In this document: one piece after another, positions 16,289-25,119 of the stretch
Layout of the letters: each line of letters begins with the position of its first letter
How positions within the stretch are numbered: position 1 is the first letter of the stretch
Assembly: GCA_015063805.1 (NCBI GenBank)
Contig: SVTK01000014.1
Location: 7,055 to 71,054 of the forward strand
DNA: 64,000 nt
From: Oscillospiraceae bacterium
GTDB lineage: Bacteria > Bacillota > Clostridia > Oscillospirales > CAG-272
Direction: 5' to 3'
The notes under the pieces: model-generated
What the model was told of the DNA's origin: nothing
Seen by the model: only the letters and a program-made list of their open reading frames with translations
Database searches by the model: none
Translations under genes and position numbers: made by a program

Positions 16289-16579
16289 GTGAACGATCAG
16301 CCGAAGAAAGTGCGCAAGATCCCCGAGCGGCAGTGCATGGGCTGCAATGAGAAGAAGCCCAAGCCCGATCTGCTCCGTGTGGTGCGTGCCCCCGACGGAA
16401 GTGTTTCCCTGGATTTCACCGGGAAGAAGTCGGGCCGCGGCGCGTATATCTGCCGTGACGTGCGGTGCCTGCAGAAGGCGGTCAAGACCCGCCGGCTGTC
16501 CCGCAGTCTTGAGTGCGAGATCCCTGACGAAGTGTTCGCCGCCATGGAGGAGGAATTACGCCAGCATGCCGAAAACTGA
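16289..16579 (+). CDS. ylxR: YlxR/RnpM family (DUF448) RNA-binding protein
   Basis: GTG start after AGGAGG. RQCMGCNEKKPKPDLLRVV and GRGAYIC motifs. Located after nusA. Confidence 0.85.
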   Translation: MNDQPKKVRKIPERQCMGCNEKKPKPDLLRVVRAPDGSVSLDFTGKKSGRGAYICRDVRCLQKAVKTRRLSRSLECEIPDEVFAAMEEELRQHAEN

Positions 16580-16946
16580 CCGACCTGCGGATGTGGGAAG
16601 GCTGCTTGGGGCACTTGGCCTGTGCGCCCGTGCGGGACGTCTGATCTATGGAGTTCCCATGATCTGCGACGCACTTCGGGCGGGACGGAGCGGAAAGATC
16701 CCGCTGTTGGTGCTGGAAGCTGCCGACACCTCCCCCAACACCCATAAACGCATTACCGATCGCTGTGCCTACTACGCGGCTGAGACAGTCCGCCTCCCGG
16801 TGGAGGGAGCTGAACTGGCCCACGCCGTCGGCCACACAGGCGTGTTGGCCGCTGTGGGCGTGACCGATCCGAACCTGGTTCGGGCGGTCCGCGCCGCACT
16901 CCCCGCGCAGCCCGTGAACAAGCCCCCCGACAGTACGGCGGGATGA
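16566..16946 (+). CDS. ylxQ: L7Ae/YlxQ family ribosomal-protein-like RNA-binding protein
   Basis: ATG at 16566 overlaps the ylxR end. [22 protein letters not shown] and [13 protein letters not shown] are typical of the L7Ae family. The upstream part of track ORF 16347.. is an out-of-context extension. Confidence 0.75.
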   Translation: MPKTDRPADVGRLLGALGLCARAGRLIYGVPMICDALRAGRSGKIPLLVLEAADTSPNTHKRITDRCAYYAAETVRLPVEGAELAHAVGHTGVLAAVGVTDPNLVRAVRAALPAQPVNKPPDSTAG

Positions 16947-17052
16947 CAGAACTAACCGATCAACCGAATCATCGGCACTCCCGCCCGCCGCACCGCGGGC
17001 TGACATCGCAAGAAAGGAAGCCTTTGCCCGGCAAAGGCATGGTGATAATTTT

Positions 17053-19929
17053 ATGGCACAAAATGCACAATATCGCGTCAACCAGTTTGCAAAGGACCTC
17101 AACATAAAGAGCAAGGCCATCATCGATCTGCTCGCCGAGCAGAAGATCGAGGTCAAGACCCAGACCACCCTGGAGGGGAACGATTTCAACATCATGCTGG
17201 ACGGCCTGACCCGCCAGCATCAGATCGAGGGCATCGACGACTACCTCTCGGGTAAGACCACCATTCACTCTACTTTCGCGGCCCAGAATGCCGAGGAAAG
17301 AGCCAAGGCTGCCGCAGAGGCAAAGGCCGCCGCAGAGGCAAAGGCCGCCGCAGAGGCAAAGGCCGCCGCAGAGGCAAAGGCTGCTGCAGAAGCAAAGGCT
17401 GCTGCTGAAGCAAAAGCCGCCGCAGAGGCAAAGGCTGCTGCAGAAGCAAAAGCCGCCGCAGAGGCAAAGGCCGCCGCAGAAGCAAAGGCCGCCGCAGAGG
17501 CAAAGGCTGCTGCAGAAGCAAAGGCTGCTGCAGAGGCAAAAGCTGCTGCCGCACGCGCGCAGGCACAGCAGCCCCGTCCCCAGGGCGACAGATCTCAGGG
17601 TGGCTTCAACCGTCCCCAGGGTGACCGTCCTCAGCAGGGCTTCAACCGTCCTCAGGGCGACAGACCTCAGCAGGGCTTCAACCGTCCCCAGGGTGACCGT
17701 CCTCAGCAGGGCTTTAACCGTTCCCAGGGCGACAGACCCCAGGGCGGTTTCAATCGTCCTCAGGGCGACAGACCTCAGGGTAGCTTCAACCGTCCCCAGG
17801 GCGACAGACCCCAGGGTGGTTTCAACCGTCCCCAGGGTGACAGACCCCAGGGCGGGTTCAACCGCGACCGGGACAACGACCGTCAGCAGTCGGCGCCCAA
17901 GCCCAAGTTCCAGCCCCAGGCCATCGTCCGGGGTCAGACCCCCAAGGGCACCGAGGCCAAGCGCAAGACCGGCGAGACCCGCATTGTCGACACCCGCACC
18001 ACGGTGGTGGACCTTTCCAAGTACGATGAGCGTCTGGACAGCTATGTGGATCATCGCCAGGACAACGTCCGCACCGACCGTCAGAAGGTGAAGAAGCAGA
18101 ACAACCGGGACAACGCCGCTGCCAAGGAGCGCGCCGCTATGGATAAGCTCCGCCGCAAGGAGGCCATGAAGGCCAAGCAGCAGCCCCTGCAGCTGGCCCT
18201 GCCCGAGGAGATCTCGGTGGGCGAGCTTGCTTCCCGCCTGAAGGTGACGGCGGGCGAGGTCATCAAGCGCCTGATGAAGCTGGGCGTGATGGCCACCGTC
18301 AACCAGGTCATCGATTATGATACCGCCTACCTCATCGGTGATGAGCTGGGCGCTGTGATTACCCGGGAAGTGGTGGTCACCATTGAGGAGCGTCTCTTTG
18401 ACGAAAGTGAGGATGCCGAGGAGAACCTGCAGCCCCGCAGCCCTGTTGTCTGCGTCATGGGCCACGTTGACCACGGTAAGACCTCTCTGCTGGATGCCAT
18501 CCGCCACACCAGCGTGACCTCCGGCGAGGCCGGCGGCATTACCCAGCACATCGGTGCATACCGGGTCAAGGTGGGCGACAAGGAGCTGACCTTCCTGGAT
18601 ACCCCCGGTCACGAGGCCTTTACCGCCATGCGTGCCCGCGGTGCACAGTCTACCGATATTGCCATCCTTGTGGTGGCTGCCGATGACGGCATCATGCCCC
18701 AGACGGTTGAGGCAATCAATCACGCTAAGGCCGCAGGGATTGACATCGTTGTTGCCATCAACAAGATGGATAAGCCCACCGCAAATCCCGACATGGTTAA
18801 GCAGGCCCTCACCAACTACTCCCTCGTTCCCGAGGAGTGGGGCGGCGACGTGATCTGCTGCCCTGTTTCCGCCCTCACCGGCATGGGTCTGGATGACCTG
18901 CTGGAGAACGTCCTGCTGGTGGCCGAGATGAAGGATCTGAAGGCCAACCCCAACCGCCGTGCCAAGGGTCTGGTTATCGAGGCGAAGCTGGACAAGGGCC
19001 GCGGTCCCGTGGCCACCGTTCTGGTGCAGAACGGTACCCTCCACACCGGCGACATCGTCATCGCCGGCACAGCAGTTGGCCGTGTCCGCGCCATGACCGA
19101 CCACAACGGCCGTCAGCTCAAGACCGCAGGCCCCTCCGTGCCGGTTGAGATCATTGGTCTTGCCGAGGTTCCTCAGGCAGGCGACGAGTTCAACGCCGTC
19201 GAGGACGAGCGCATGGCCCGTACCCTGGCCGAGCAGCGCAAGGACAAGGTCAAGGAAGAGGCCTTCCGTGCCAACGCCCGTGCAAATCTGGACGATCTGT
19301 TCAGCCAGATCAAGGAAGGCGTCAAGGAGCTTTCCATCATCGTCAAGGCCGACGTGGGCGGCTCTGCCGAGGCGGTCAAGGCGTCCCTGGAGAAGATCTC
19401 CAACGAGGAGGTCAAGGTCCGCGTGATCCACTCCGCCGTGGGCGGCATCACCGAGGGCGACGTTATGCTGGCGGCAGCTTCCAATGCCATTATCGTTGGC
19501 TTCAACGTCCGTCCCGATAAGGCGGCCATTGATTCCGCCGAGCGTCAGGGGGTTGACATCCGCACCTACCGCGTCATCTACGAGTGCATCGAGGAGATCG
19601 AGGCGGCCATGAAGGGTATGCTGGCACCCCAGTTCCGCGAGGTTGTCCTGGGCCACGCCGAGGTCCGTCAGACCATCCATGTGCCCAACGTGGGTACCAT
19701 CGCCGGCTCCTATGTCCAGGACGGTAAGGTTGCCCGTAACGCACAGATCCGCGTTGTCCGCGACGGCATCGTGATCTATGAGGATAAGATTTCTTCGCTG
19801 AAGCGCTTCAAGGACGATGCCCGCGAAGTGGCATCGGGCTTCGAGTGCGGTATTGGCCTGGAGAAGTTCAATGATATCAAGGAAGGCGATATTCTCGAGG
19901 CCTTCATCATGGAGGAGATCGCACGGTAA
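17053..19929 (+). CDS. infB: translation initiation factor IF-2
   Basis: G-domain motifs [20 protein letters not shown] and NKMD. Repeat-rich N-terminal region; 958 aa. Confidence 0.95.
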   Translation: MAQNAQYRVNQFAKDLNIKSKAIIDLLAEQKIEVKTQTTLEGNDFNIMLDGLTRQHQIEGIDDYLSGKTTIHSTFAAQNAEERAKAAAEAKAAAEAKAAAEAKAAAEAKAAAEAKAAAEAKAAAEAKAAAEAKAAAEAKAAAEAKAAAEAKAAAEAKAAAEAKAAAARAQAQQPRPQGDRSQGGFNRPQGDRPQQGFNRPQGDRPQQGFNRPQGDRPQQGFNRSQGDRPQGGFNRPQGDRPQGSFNRPQGDRPQGGFNRPQGDRPQGGFNRDRDNDRQQSAPKPKFQPQAIVRGQTPKGTEAKRKTGETRIVDTRTTVVDLSKYDERLDSYVDHRQDNVRTDRQKVKKQNNRDNAAAKERAAMDKLRRKEAMKAKQQPLQLALPEEISVGELASRLKVTAGEVIKRLMKLGVMATVNQVIDYDTAYLIGDELGAVITREVVVTIEERLFDESEDAEENLQPRSPVVCVMGHVDHGKTSLLDAIRHTSVTSGEAGGITQHIGAYRVKVGDKELTFLDTPGHEAFTAMRARGAQSTDIAILVVAADDGIMPQTVEAINHAKAAGIDIVVAINKMDKPTANPDMVKQALTNYSLVPEEWGGDVICCPVSALTGMGLDDLLENVLLVAEMKDLKANPNRRAKGLVIEAKLDKGRGPVATVLVQNGTLHTGDIVIAGTAVGRVRAMTDHNGRQLKTAGPSVPVEIIGLAEVPQAGDEFNAVEDERMARTLAEQRKDKVKEEAFRANARANLDDLFSQIKEGVKELSIIVKADVGGSAEAVKASLEKISNEEVKVRVIHSAVGGITEGDVMLAAASNAIIVGFNVRPDKAAIDSAERQGVDIRTYRVIYECIEEIEAAMKGMLAPQFREVVLGHAEVRQTIHVPNVGTIAGSYVQDGKVARNAQIRVVRDGIVIYEDKISSLKRFKDDAREVASGFECGIGLEKFNDIKEGDILEAFIMEEIAR
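17302..17550 (+). repeat. in-frame 18-bp tandem repeat (AAAEAK, about 13 copies) inside infB
   Basis: GCC GCC GCA GAG GCA AAG units with synonymous variants (GCT, GAA, AAA). Confidence 0.85.
17575..17862 (+). repeat. in-frame 36-bp tandem repeat ([12 protein letters not shown], 8 copies) inside infB
   Basis: Eight consecutive 12-codon units counted by hand in the translation. Confidence 0.85.
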
Positions 19930-19973
19930 AGGCTGCCGATGCGCCTGACACTTTTCGGAAAGGAGTATGCCTC

Positions 19974-20402
19974 ATGACGCATGAAAAATCCTGCGGTGCA
20001 GTGGTTCTTCGCCGCGAGGAAGACGGGATGTTTGTATTGCTGATCCGACACAGGAAGGGCGGGCATCGCTCCTTCCCGAAGGGTCACGTGGAGAGGGGCG
20101 AGAGCGAGCGCCGCACCGCTGAGCGGGAGGTGCTGGAGGAAACCGGCGCACGGATCAGTATCAAGGAGCGCTTCCGTGTCCCCATTCACTACCGTCCCAT
20201 GCCCGGGGTGGAGAAGGAGGTTGTGTACTTCCTGGCCTTCACCGACGACCCGGCCATCCGCCCGCGAGAAGGCGAGATCGCCGAGGTGGAATGGGTCCCA
20301 CTGGAGAGAGCCGAGGGTGCACTCTCCCACGACAATGACCGCATGGTGCTCCGCTCCGCTCGCCGCTACCTGGCGGCCAAGGGAAGGAAGGAGCAGGCAT
20401 AG
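19974..20402 (+). CDS. NUDIX hydrolase
   Basis: Nudix box GHVERGESERRTAEREVLEETG. AAGGAG RBS. Confidence 0.85.
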   Translation: MTHEKSCGAVVLRREEDGMFVLLIRHRKGGHRSFPKGHVERGESERRTAEREVLEETGARISIKERFRVPIHYRPMPGVEKEVVYFLAFTDDPAIRPREGEIAEVEWVPLERAEGALSHDNDRMVLRSARRYLAAKGRKEQA

Positions 20403-20404
20403 GA

Positions 20405-20455
20405 AAAGGCGTGCCGCGCAGATTGCGCGGCACGCCTTTCTTTGGTGCGCAAAAG
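20405..20455 (+). terminator. intrinsic terminator after the Nudix gene
   Basis: AAAGGCGTGCCGCGC / GCGCGGCACGCCTTT stem followed by a TCTTTGG T-rich tail. Confidence 0.7.
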
Positions 20456-20548
20456 GGCGGATCCCTTTTGCCTTTTGTGCCGGTAAACCTAGCTTTGTTC
20501 ATTTCACCGAAGAACAGCTCATATTCTGACCGTCACGATTTTTCAGTG

Positions 20549-20577
20549 TTGAATTATTCATAATTATACGGTATACT
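20549..20577 (+). promoter_or_regulatory. sigma-70-type promoter of the low-GC lipoprotein gene
   Basis: TTGAAT, 17 nt, TATACT. Confidence 0.4.
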
Positions 20578-20711
20578 GTACATTGATGGAACTTTTTTGA
20601 AACAAACACGTCCGAATATATAGTCAGAATCAATAAACCGGTATCCGTATGGTGAAATGAATACGTAAAAACGGTTCGGGAAATAAGAATTTGGAAAAGG
20701 AGATTATCTGC

Positions 20712-22067
20712 ATGAGGAAGCTAAGTGTATGTGTTTCATTGCTGCTGCTACTGTCACTGTTTGCGTGTAATCAAGATATCCGTCCAAATGCCGATACAGA
20801 CATTGAGGAGACAATTCCGCAGGAGACAATTCCGCAGGAGACAATTCCGCAGGAAACAATTCCGCAGGAGACTACTCCGCAGGAAACAACCACGGGCGAA
20901 GTCATTGCCATCCCATCTTTTGAAGAGGTCTATCACAAGGCGGAATGGGTATATTCGCTATTTACCAGGTATGGGAAATTAACCTACACCGAAAATGAAA
21001 TCCTGCATAACAACGAGCGATATCGAGAAGTAAAGATGAGTGAGTTTGATACGCTTGATGAGCTGCGCGCCCTTTGCCTTTTGTATTTCAATCAAAATGT
21101 CACGCGCGTATTGATGAACACCCGGGCGGAAACAGATTGTCCGCTTTACATCGAGCAAGACGGCAAACTTTATCGATTCAGTAGATATACTGCGCCCTAC
21201 GCATACGATGCACCGTATAATTACACCTTTGACCTTCAAACCGATGACGGTGGGCACAATTATGCCAACATATATGCAAGGATGGATTCAAACGGGCAGC
21301 AGCTTCCTTGTCAGACATACTGCGGGTATGAAATCGGTGAAACCGGTGAAATCATCTTTGTCAGATTTGATCTGATGGCCCACTCCTTCTTCAAACAGTA
21401 TCGGGTGATTGAAATAACTCCCGATTTGGAACCGCTGACAAACGGCGGTGCGTGGACCTGTGTTGCAATATATGGGGAAAACGGAAACACCGGCAGCGGT
21501 TGGGGAGGAAAAATCCAGGCCTCTGAAGATGGAATTGTATATTTCGTGTTCGGCAGCACCAGAGGAAAATACGACAATTCCATAGAACGGTATGTGACAT
21601 TTAAGGTTACGATAACAAACGGAAGTATCGTTTCTTGTGAAGAAGCAGAAAATACCATTGCCGATTTTTTGAGTGGGTCAGCATCGGTATATAAAGGTGA
21701 GGCTTTTGCCAAAGAGAATGTCGAAATCATGACGAAAGCACGATATACCACCGATGCGTACAATGCATATATGATTGTATATACCGTTCAAATAGAAGGT
21801 GATGAAATTAGTATATACGCGTATGCAGACGGTACAGACATGGGTGGTCAATACACAGGCACATTTGAATATGACAATGAAACCGGTGAAATCATTTTTC
21901 ATCTAACATATCATTTCTTTAGAGATGATAACGGGCCAAACGAAGAAGATATCGGCGAAGTTCGCGGAAAACTCTATGAAAGCAATGGATTGGTTGCTTT
22001 TGTTTGTACGGATGCCGGAGAAGCAATCATTAACGAAGGAATGCCGCTGATATTCGTGAAAGATTAA
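20712..22067 (+). CDS. hypothetical lipoprotein (low-GC islet)
   Basis: ATG at 20712 after AAGGAG. Signal peptide and lipobox LSLFAC, an ETIPQ repeat linker, then a roughly 380-aa domain of no family I recognise. Confidence 0.7.
   Translation: MRKLSVCVSLLLLLSLFACNQDIRPNADTDIEETIPQETIPQETIPQETIPQETTPQETTTGEVIAIPSFEEVYHKAEWVYSLFTRYGKLTYTENEILHNNERYREVKMSEFDTLDELRALCLLYFNQNVTRVLMNTRAETDCPLYIEQDGKLYRFSRYTAPYAYDAPYNYTFDLQTDDGGHNYANIYARMDSNGQQLPCQTYCGYEIGETGEIIFVRFDLMAHSFFKQYRVIEITPDLEPLTNGGAWTCVAIYGENGNTGSGWGGKIQASEDGIVYFVFGSTRGKYDNSIERYVTFKVTITNGSIVSCEEAENTIADFLSGSASVYKGEAFAKENVEIMTKARYTTDAYNAYMIVYTVQIEGDEISIYAYADGTDMGGQYTGTFEYDNETGEIIFHLTYHFFRDDNGPNEEDIGEVRGKLYESNGLVAFVCTDAGEAIINEGMPLIFVKD
20808..20897 (+). 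repeat. in-frame 15-bp tandem repeat (ETIPQ x4, ETTPQ, ETTTG)
   Basis: GAGACAATTCCGCAG repeated, with degenerate copies at the 3' end. Confidence 0.85.
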
Positions 22068-22143
22068 AGACCAGCTCGATCCGGCAATTTGTTTGCAGGA
22101 AGGAAAAACGACAAATTCCAATCTGTCCAACAGTTAAACCATG

Positions 22144-22179
22144 AAAAGCGGAGGTTCCATGCCTCCGCTTTTGTTGTTT
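22144..22179 (+). terminator. intrinsic terminator after the lipoprotein gene
   Basis: AAAAGCGGAGG / CCTCCGCTTTT stem followed by GTTGTTT. Confidence 0.7.
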
Positions 22180-22303
22180 AACCGTTTTGGCACCGTTACC
22201 CATCGGTGGCGGTTGGGGTTTATTTATTTCCGAAAAATTGGCGAAAGATATGACGGATAGGCCTGTATCAGCGCAAAAAGAAAAGGGATACGGCGGATTT
22301 CTG

Positions 22304-22332
22304 TTGCATTCCGGGGGCGAATGTGGTATAAT
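22304..22332 (+). promoter_or_regulatory. sigma-70-type promoter of the queT leader
   Basis: TTGCAT, 17 nt, TATAAT. Confidence 0.5.
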
Positions 22333-22340
22333 GGTGACAC

Positions 22341-22385
22341 CGGTGAGTTCGAAACCTTCCTCACCTAAAACAAAACTAAAGGAGC
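22341..22385 (+). promoter_or_regulatory. preQ1-I riboswitch
   Basis: P1 hairpin GGUGAG/CUCACC with loop UUCGAAACCUUC, then an A-rich tail UAAAACAAAACUAAAGGAG. Loop CCUU can pair with the AAGG of the SD. Sits directly upstream of a QueT transporter gene. Confidence 0.75.
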
Positions 22386-22390
22386 CTGTC

Positions 22391-22876
22391 ATGAAACATC
22401 GCAATTCTACCCGCCATCTGGTGCAGGCGGCCCTGATCGCCGCCGTGTATGTGGTGCTGACCTACCTGGTCAACGCCCTGGGCTGGGCGAGCGGTGCCGT
22501 TCAGCTGCGGCTGTCCGAGGCACTGACCGTCCTGCCGTTTTTTGTTTCCTCGGCTGTGCCCGGGCTTTGGTGCGGGTGCCTGCTGGCCAATCTCCTCACG
22601 GGCTGTGCGCCTTGGGATGTGGTCTTCGGCAGTATTGCCACTCTGCTGGGGGCACTGGGGACCCGTGCCCTGCGGCACCGTTCCCCCTATCTGGCCTGCG
22701 TTCCGCCTATCCTGGCCAACACCCTGATCATCCCATTTGTTCTGCGGCTGGTCTACGGAGACGCCACCCCCATGGGCTTTTTGTTCCTCACGGTAGGATT
22801 GGGTGAGGTGCTTTCCTGCGGGGGGCTGGGAACGGCACTTTTGCTGGTGCTTCGCCGTCGGGGCGGCCTGCGCTGA
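22391..22876 (+). CDS. queT: queuosine precursor transporter QueT (ECF S-component-like)
   Basis: ATG at 22391 after AAAGGAG. Polytopic membrane protein of 161 aa. Association with the preQ1 riboswitch supports the call. Confidence 0.8.
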   Translation: MKHRNSTRHLVQAALIAAVYVVLTYLVNALGWASGAVQLRLSEALTVLPFFVSSAVPGLWCGCLLANLLTGCAPWDVVFGSIATLLGALGTRALRHRSPYLACVPPILANTLIIPFVLRLVYGDATPMGFLFLTVGLGEVLSCGGLGTALLLVLRRRGGLR

Positions 22877-22882
22877 GCGGCC

Positions 22883-22911
22883 TTGACATTGCTCCCCGCC
22901 TGTGCTAAAAT
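22883..22911 (+). promoter_or_regulatory. sigma-70-type promoter upstream of uppP
   Basis: TTGACA, 17 nt, TAAAAT. Confidence 0.4.
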
Positions 22912-22979
22912 ATCGGCAGACGGGCATATGTCCTGCCGCCTGTGCATAGGGGTATAGTATCTCTTTTGGGGAGGTACCT

Positions 22980-23819
22980 ATGCTCGACTGGCTTAAAATT
23001 CTTCTTCTTGGCCTTGTGCAGGGGGTGACCGAATGGCTGCCCATTTCCTCCACGGGGCATCTGATCCTGCTCGAGGGGCTTTTTTCCCTCCCGGTGTCGG
23101 AGGAATTCTTTTCCCTCTTTTCGGTGGTGATCCAACTGGGCTCCATTGCGGCGGTACCGGTGCTTTATGCCCGGCCCCTCTTCGCGCCCCTGCGCGCCAA
23201 ATGTGCCGGGGAGCGGCAGGCGGGGCTTCGGCTATGGCGGAACATTCTGCTAGCCTGTCTGCCTTCGGCGGTGCTGGGGTTTTTGCTGGATGACCTCATT
23301 GATTCGACTCTGGACGGCCCCCTGACGGTGGCCTGTACCCTTGTCCTGTACGGCGTTTTTTTCCTTGCGGCCGAGAGACGGCGGGGGGTACGGGAGCGGG
23401 GGATAACGGGGGAGGTTCCCCTTTCTCGGGCCGTGGGCATCGGCTTCTTTCAGGTACTTGCCCTGATTCCCGGAACATCCCGCTCGGGGGCGACCATCCT
23501 CGGGGGAATGCTGCTGGGGCTTGACCGGGGAACGGCGGCGGAGTTTTCCTTCTTTCTGGCCATCCCCACCATGGTGGGGGCCAGCGGCCTGCGGGGTGCG
23601 AAGTTCGCCCTGGCCCTGGCACGGGGCGAGGTGAGCTGTACGGCCACCGAGTGGCTGATGCTGGGGTTGGCCGCCGTGGTGGCCTTTGCCGTGTCCTGTG
23701 CCGTGATCCGCTTTCTGCGGGATTTTGTCCGCCGTCATACCTTCCGCGTATTTGGAATTTACCGCATTCTGCTGGGCGGGGCGGTGCTTGCCGCCGCGCT
23801 GGCAGAGCGATTTTGTTGA
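22980..23819 (+). CDS. uppP: undecaprenyl-diphosphate phosphatase
   Basis: BacA/UppP motifs VTEWLPISSTGH and PGTSRSGATI. Confidence 0.9.
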   Translation: MLDWLKILLLGLVQGVTEWLPISSTGHLILLEGLFSLPVSEEFFSLFSVVIQLGSIAAVPVLYARPLFAPLRAKCAGERQAGLRLWRNILLACLPSAVLGFLLDDLIDSTLDGPLTVACTLVLYGVFFLAAERRRGVRERGITGEVPLSRAVGIGFFQVLALIPGTSRSGATILGGMLLGLDRGTAAEFSFFLAIPTMVGASGLRGAKFALALARGEVSCTATEWLMLGLAAVVAFAVSCAVIRFLRDFVRRHTFRVFGIYRILLGGAVLAAALAERFC

Positions 23820-23837
23820 ACAGAAAGGGAGCTGACT

Positions 23838-25088
23838 ATGACCAACCAGGCTCTTCCTCCCCGCGCGCCCCTGGCCGATCGGGTACGTCCCCGCACCATC
23901 GATGAAATGGTGGGGCAGGCCCATCTTTTCGGTGAGCGGGGTGTCCTGCGCCGTATGCTGGCGGCGGGGCGCATTCCCAATATGATCTTTTTCGGTCCTC
24001 CGGGGGTGGGTAAGACCACGGCGGCCTCCATTATCGCTGCCGCATCCTCCCGCCGGTTGATCCGACTCAATGCCACCACGGCGTCGCTCTCCGACATCAA
24101 GGCGGCGGCTGCCGAAACGGGGAATCTCTTCGGGGGCGGCGGGGTGCTGCTTTACCTGGACGAGATCCAGTACTTCAACCGCAAGCAGCAGCAGTCGCTG
24201 CTGGAATACATCGAGGACGGGCGGATCACGCTGATCGCTTCCACCACCGAGAATCCGCATTTTTGTCTGTATAACGCTCTGCTCTCCCGCTGTTCGCTGT
24301 TTGAGTTCAAGCCGGTGAAGGGAGAGGAGCTGACGCCGGCTCTCACCCGTGCCCTGGATATCCTCAATGCCGAGGGAGGGGAAGGGGAGGTTCAGCGCAT
24401 CCTGACCCCCGAGGCCATTGCGCGCATTGCCCGGGGATCGGGCGGGGATGTGCGCCGCGCTCTCGGTCTGCTGGAGAACGGCTACTACGCCGCCGAAGAG
24501 GACGGGCGGATCACCGCTGAGGCCATTGAGGCCTTCAGCCCTGCGGGAATCGGCAACTTTGACGAGGACACCCACTACGATCTCCTCTCCTGCCTGCAGA
24601 AGTCGATCCGCGGCTCGGATCCCGATGCGGCGGTGTTCTATCTGGCCAAGCTGCTGAGCCTGGGCGAGCTGATCTCGGTCTGCCGCCGTCTGCAGGTGAT
24701 TGCCTCCGAGGACATCGGCCTGGCCTATCCCCTGGCCGCTGTGGTAACCCAGGCCTGCTGTGCCTCGGCCCGGGAGTTGGGGATGCCCGAGGCGAGACTG
24801 CCCCTGGCCAATGCCGCCATCCTGCTGGCCACCGCCCCCAAGTCCAACGCGGCCCACAATGCGGTGCTGGCCGCCGCCGCCGATGTGGAGGCGGGGAAGG
24901 GCATCACGGTGCCCGAGCATCTGGCGTCTCCCCTGTTCAAGGGATACAAATATCCCCACGATTACCCCGGCCACTATGTCAAACAGCAGTATCTGCCCAC
25001 CGATCTTGCCGACGCCCGCTACTACGAATGGGGCGAGAACAAGCAGGAGCAGGCGGCCAAGAGCTATTGGGAAAAGCTGAAGCAGTAA
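23838..25088 (+). CDS. rarA: replication-associated recombination protein A (AAA+ ATPase)
   Basis: Walker A FFGPPGVGKTT, Walker B LYLDEIQ, and an MgsA-type C-terminal domain. Confidence 0.9.
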   Translation: MTNQALPPRAPLADRVRPRTIDEMVGQAHLFGERGVLRRMLAAGRIPNMIFFGPPGVGKTTAASIIAAASSRRLIRLNATTASLSDIKAAAAETGNLFGGGGVLLYLDEIQYFNRKQQQSLLEYIEDGRITLIASTTENPHFCLYNALLSRCSLFEFKPVKGEELTPALTRALDILNAEGGEGEVQRILTPEAIARIARGSGGDVRRALGLLENGYYAAEEDGRITAEAIEAFSPAGIGNFDEDTHYDLLSCLQKSIRGSDPDAAVFYLAKLLSLGELISVCRRLQVIASEDIGLAYPLAAVVTQACCASARELGMPEARLPLANAAILLATAPKSNAAHNAVLAAAADVEAGKGITVPEHLASPLFKGYKYPHDYPGHYVKQQYLPTDLADARYYEWGENKQEQAAKSYWEKLKQ

Positions 25089-25119
25089 GCGGATGCCGCT
25101 TCCCACGAAAGGATAAACC

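Noticed and set aside
17039-17052. Alternative infB start at ATG 17039
   Set aside because: It is not in frame with the IF-2 ORF (offset 14 nt) and terminates after about 22 codons.
20460-22180. Low-GC islet as a prophage remnant, IS or integrative element
   Set aside because: There is no integrase, transposase or phage gene, no terminal inverted or direct repeats, and no adjacent tRNA. Only one lipoprotein gene with normal expression signals is present. It is kept as a probable horizontal acquisition of unknown mechanism.
22187-22390. 68-codon upstream extension of queT in the ORF track
   Set aside because: It runs through the queT promoter and the preQ1 riboswitch. The QueT-like hydrophobic sequence begins at MKHRN (22391), which has its own RBS.
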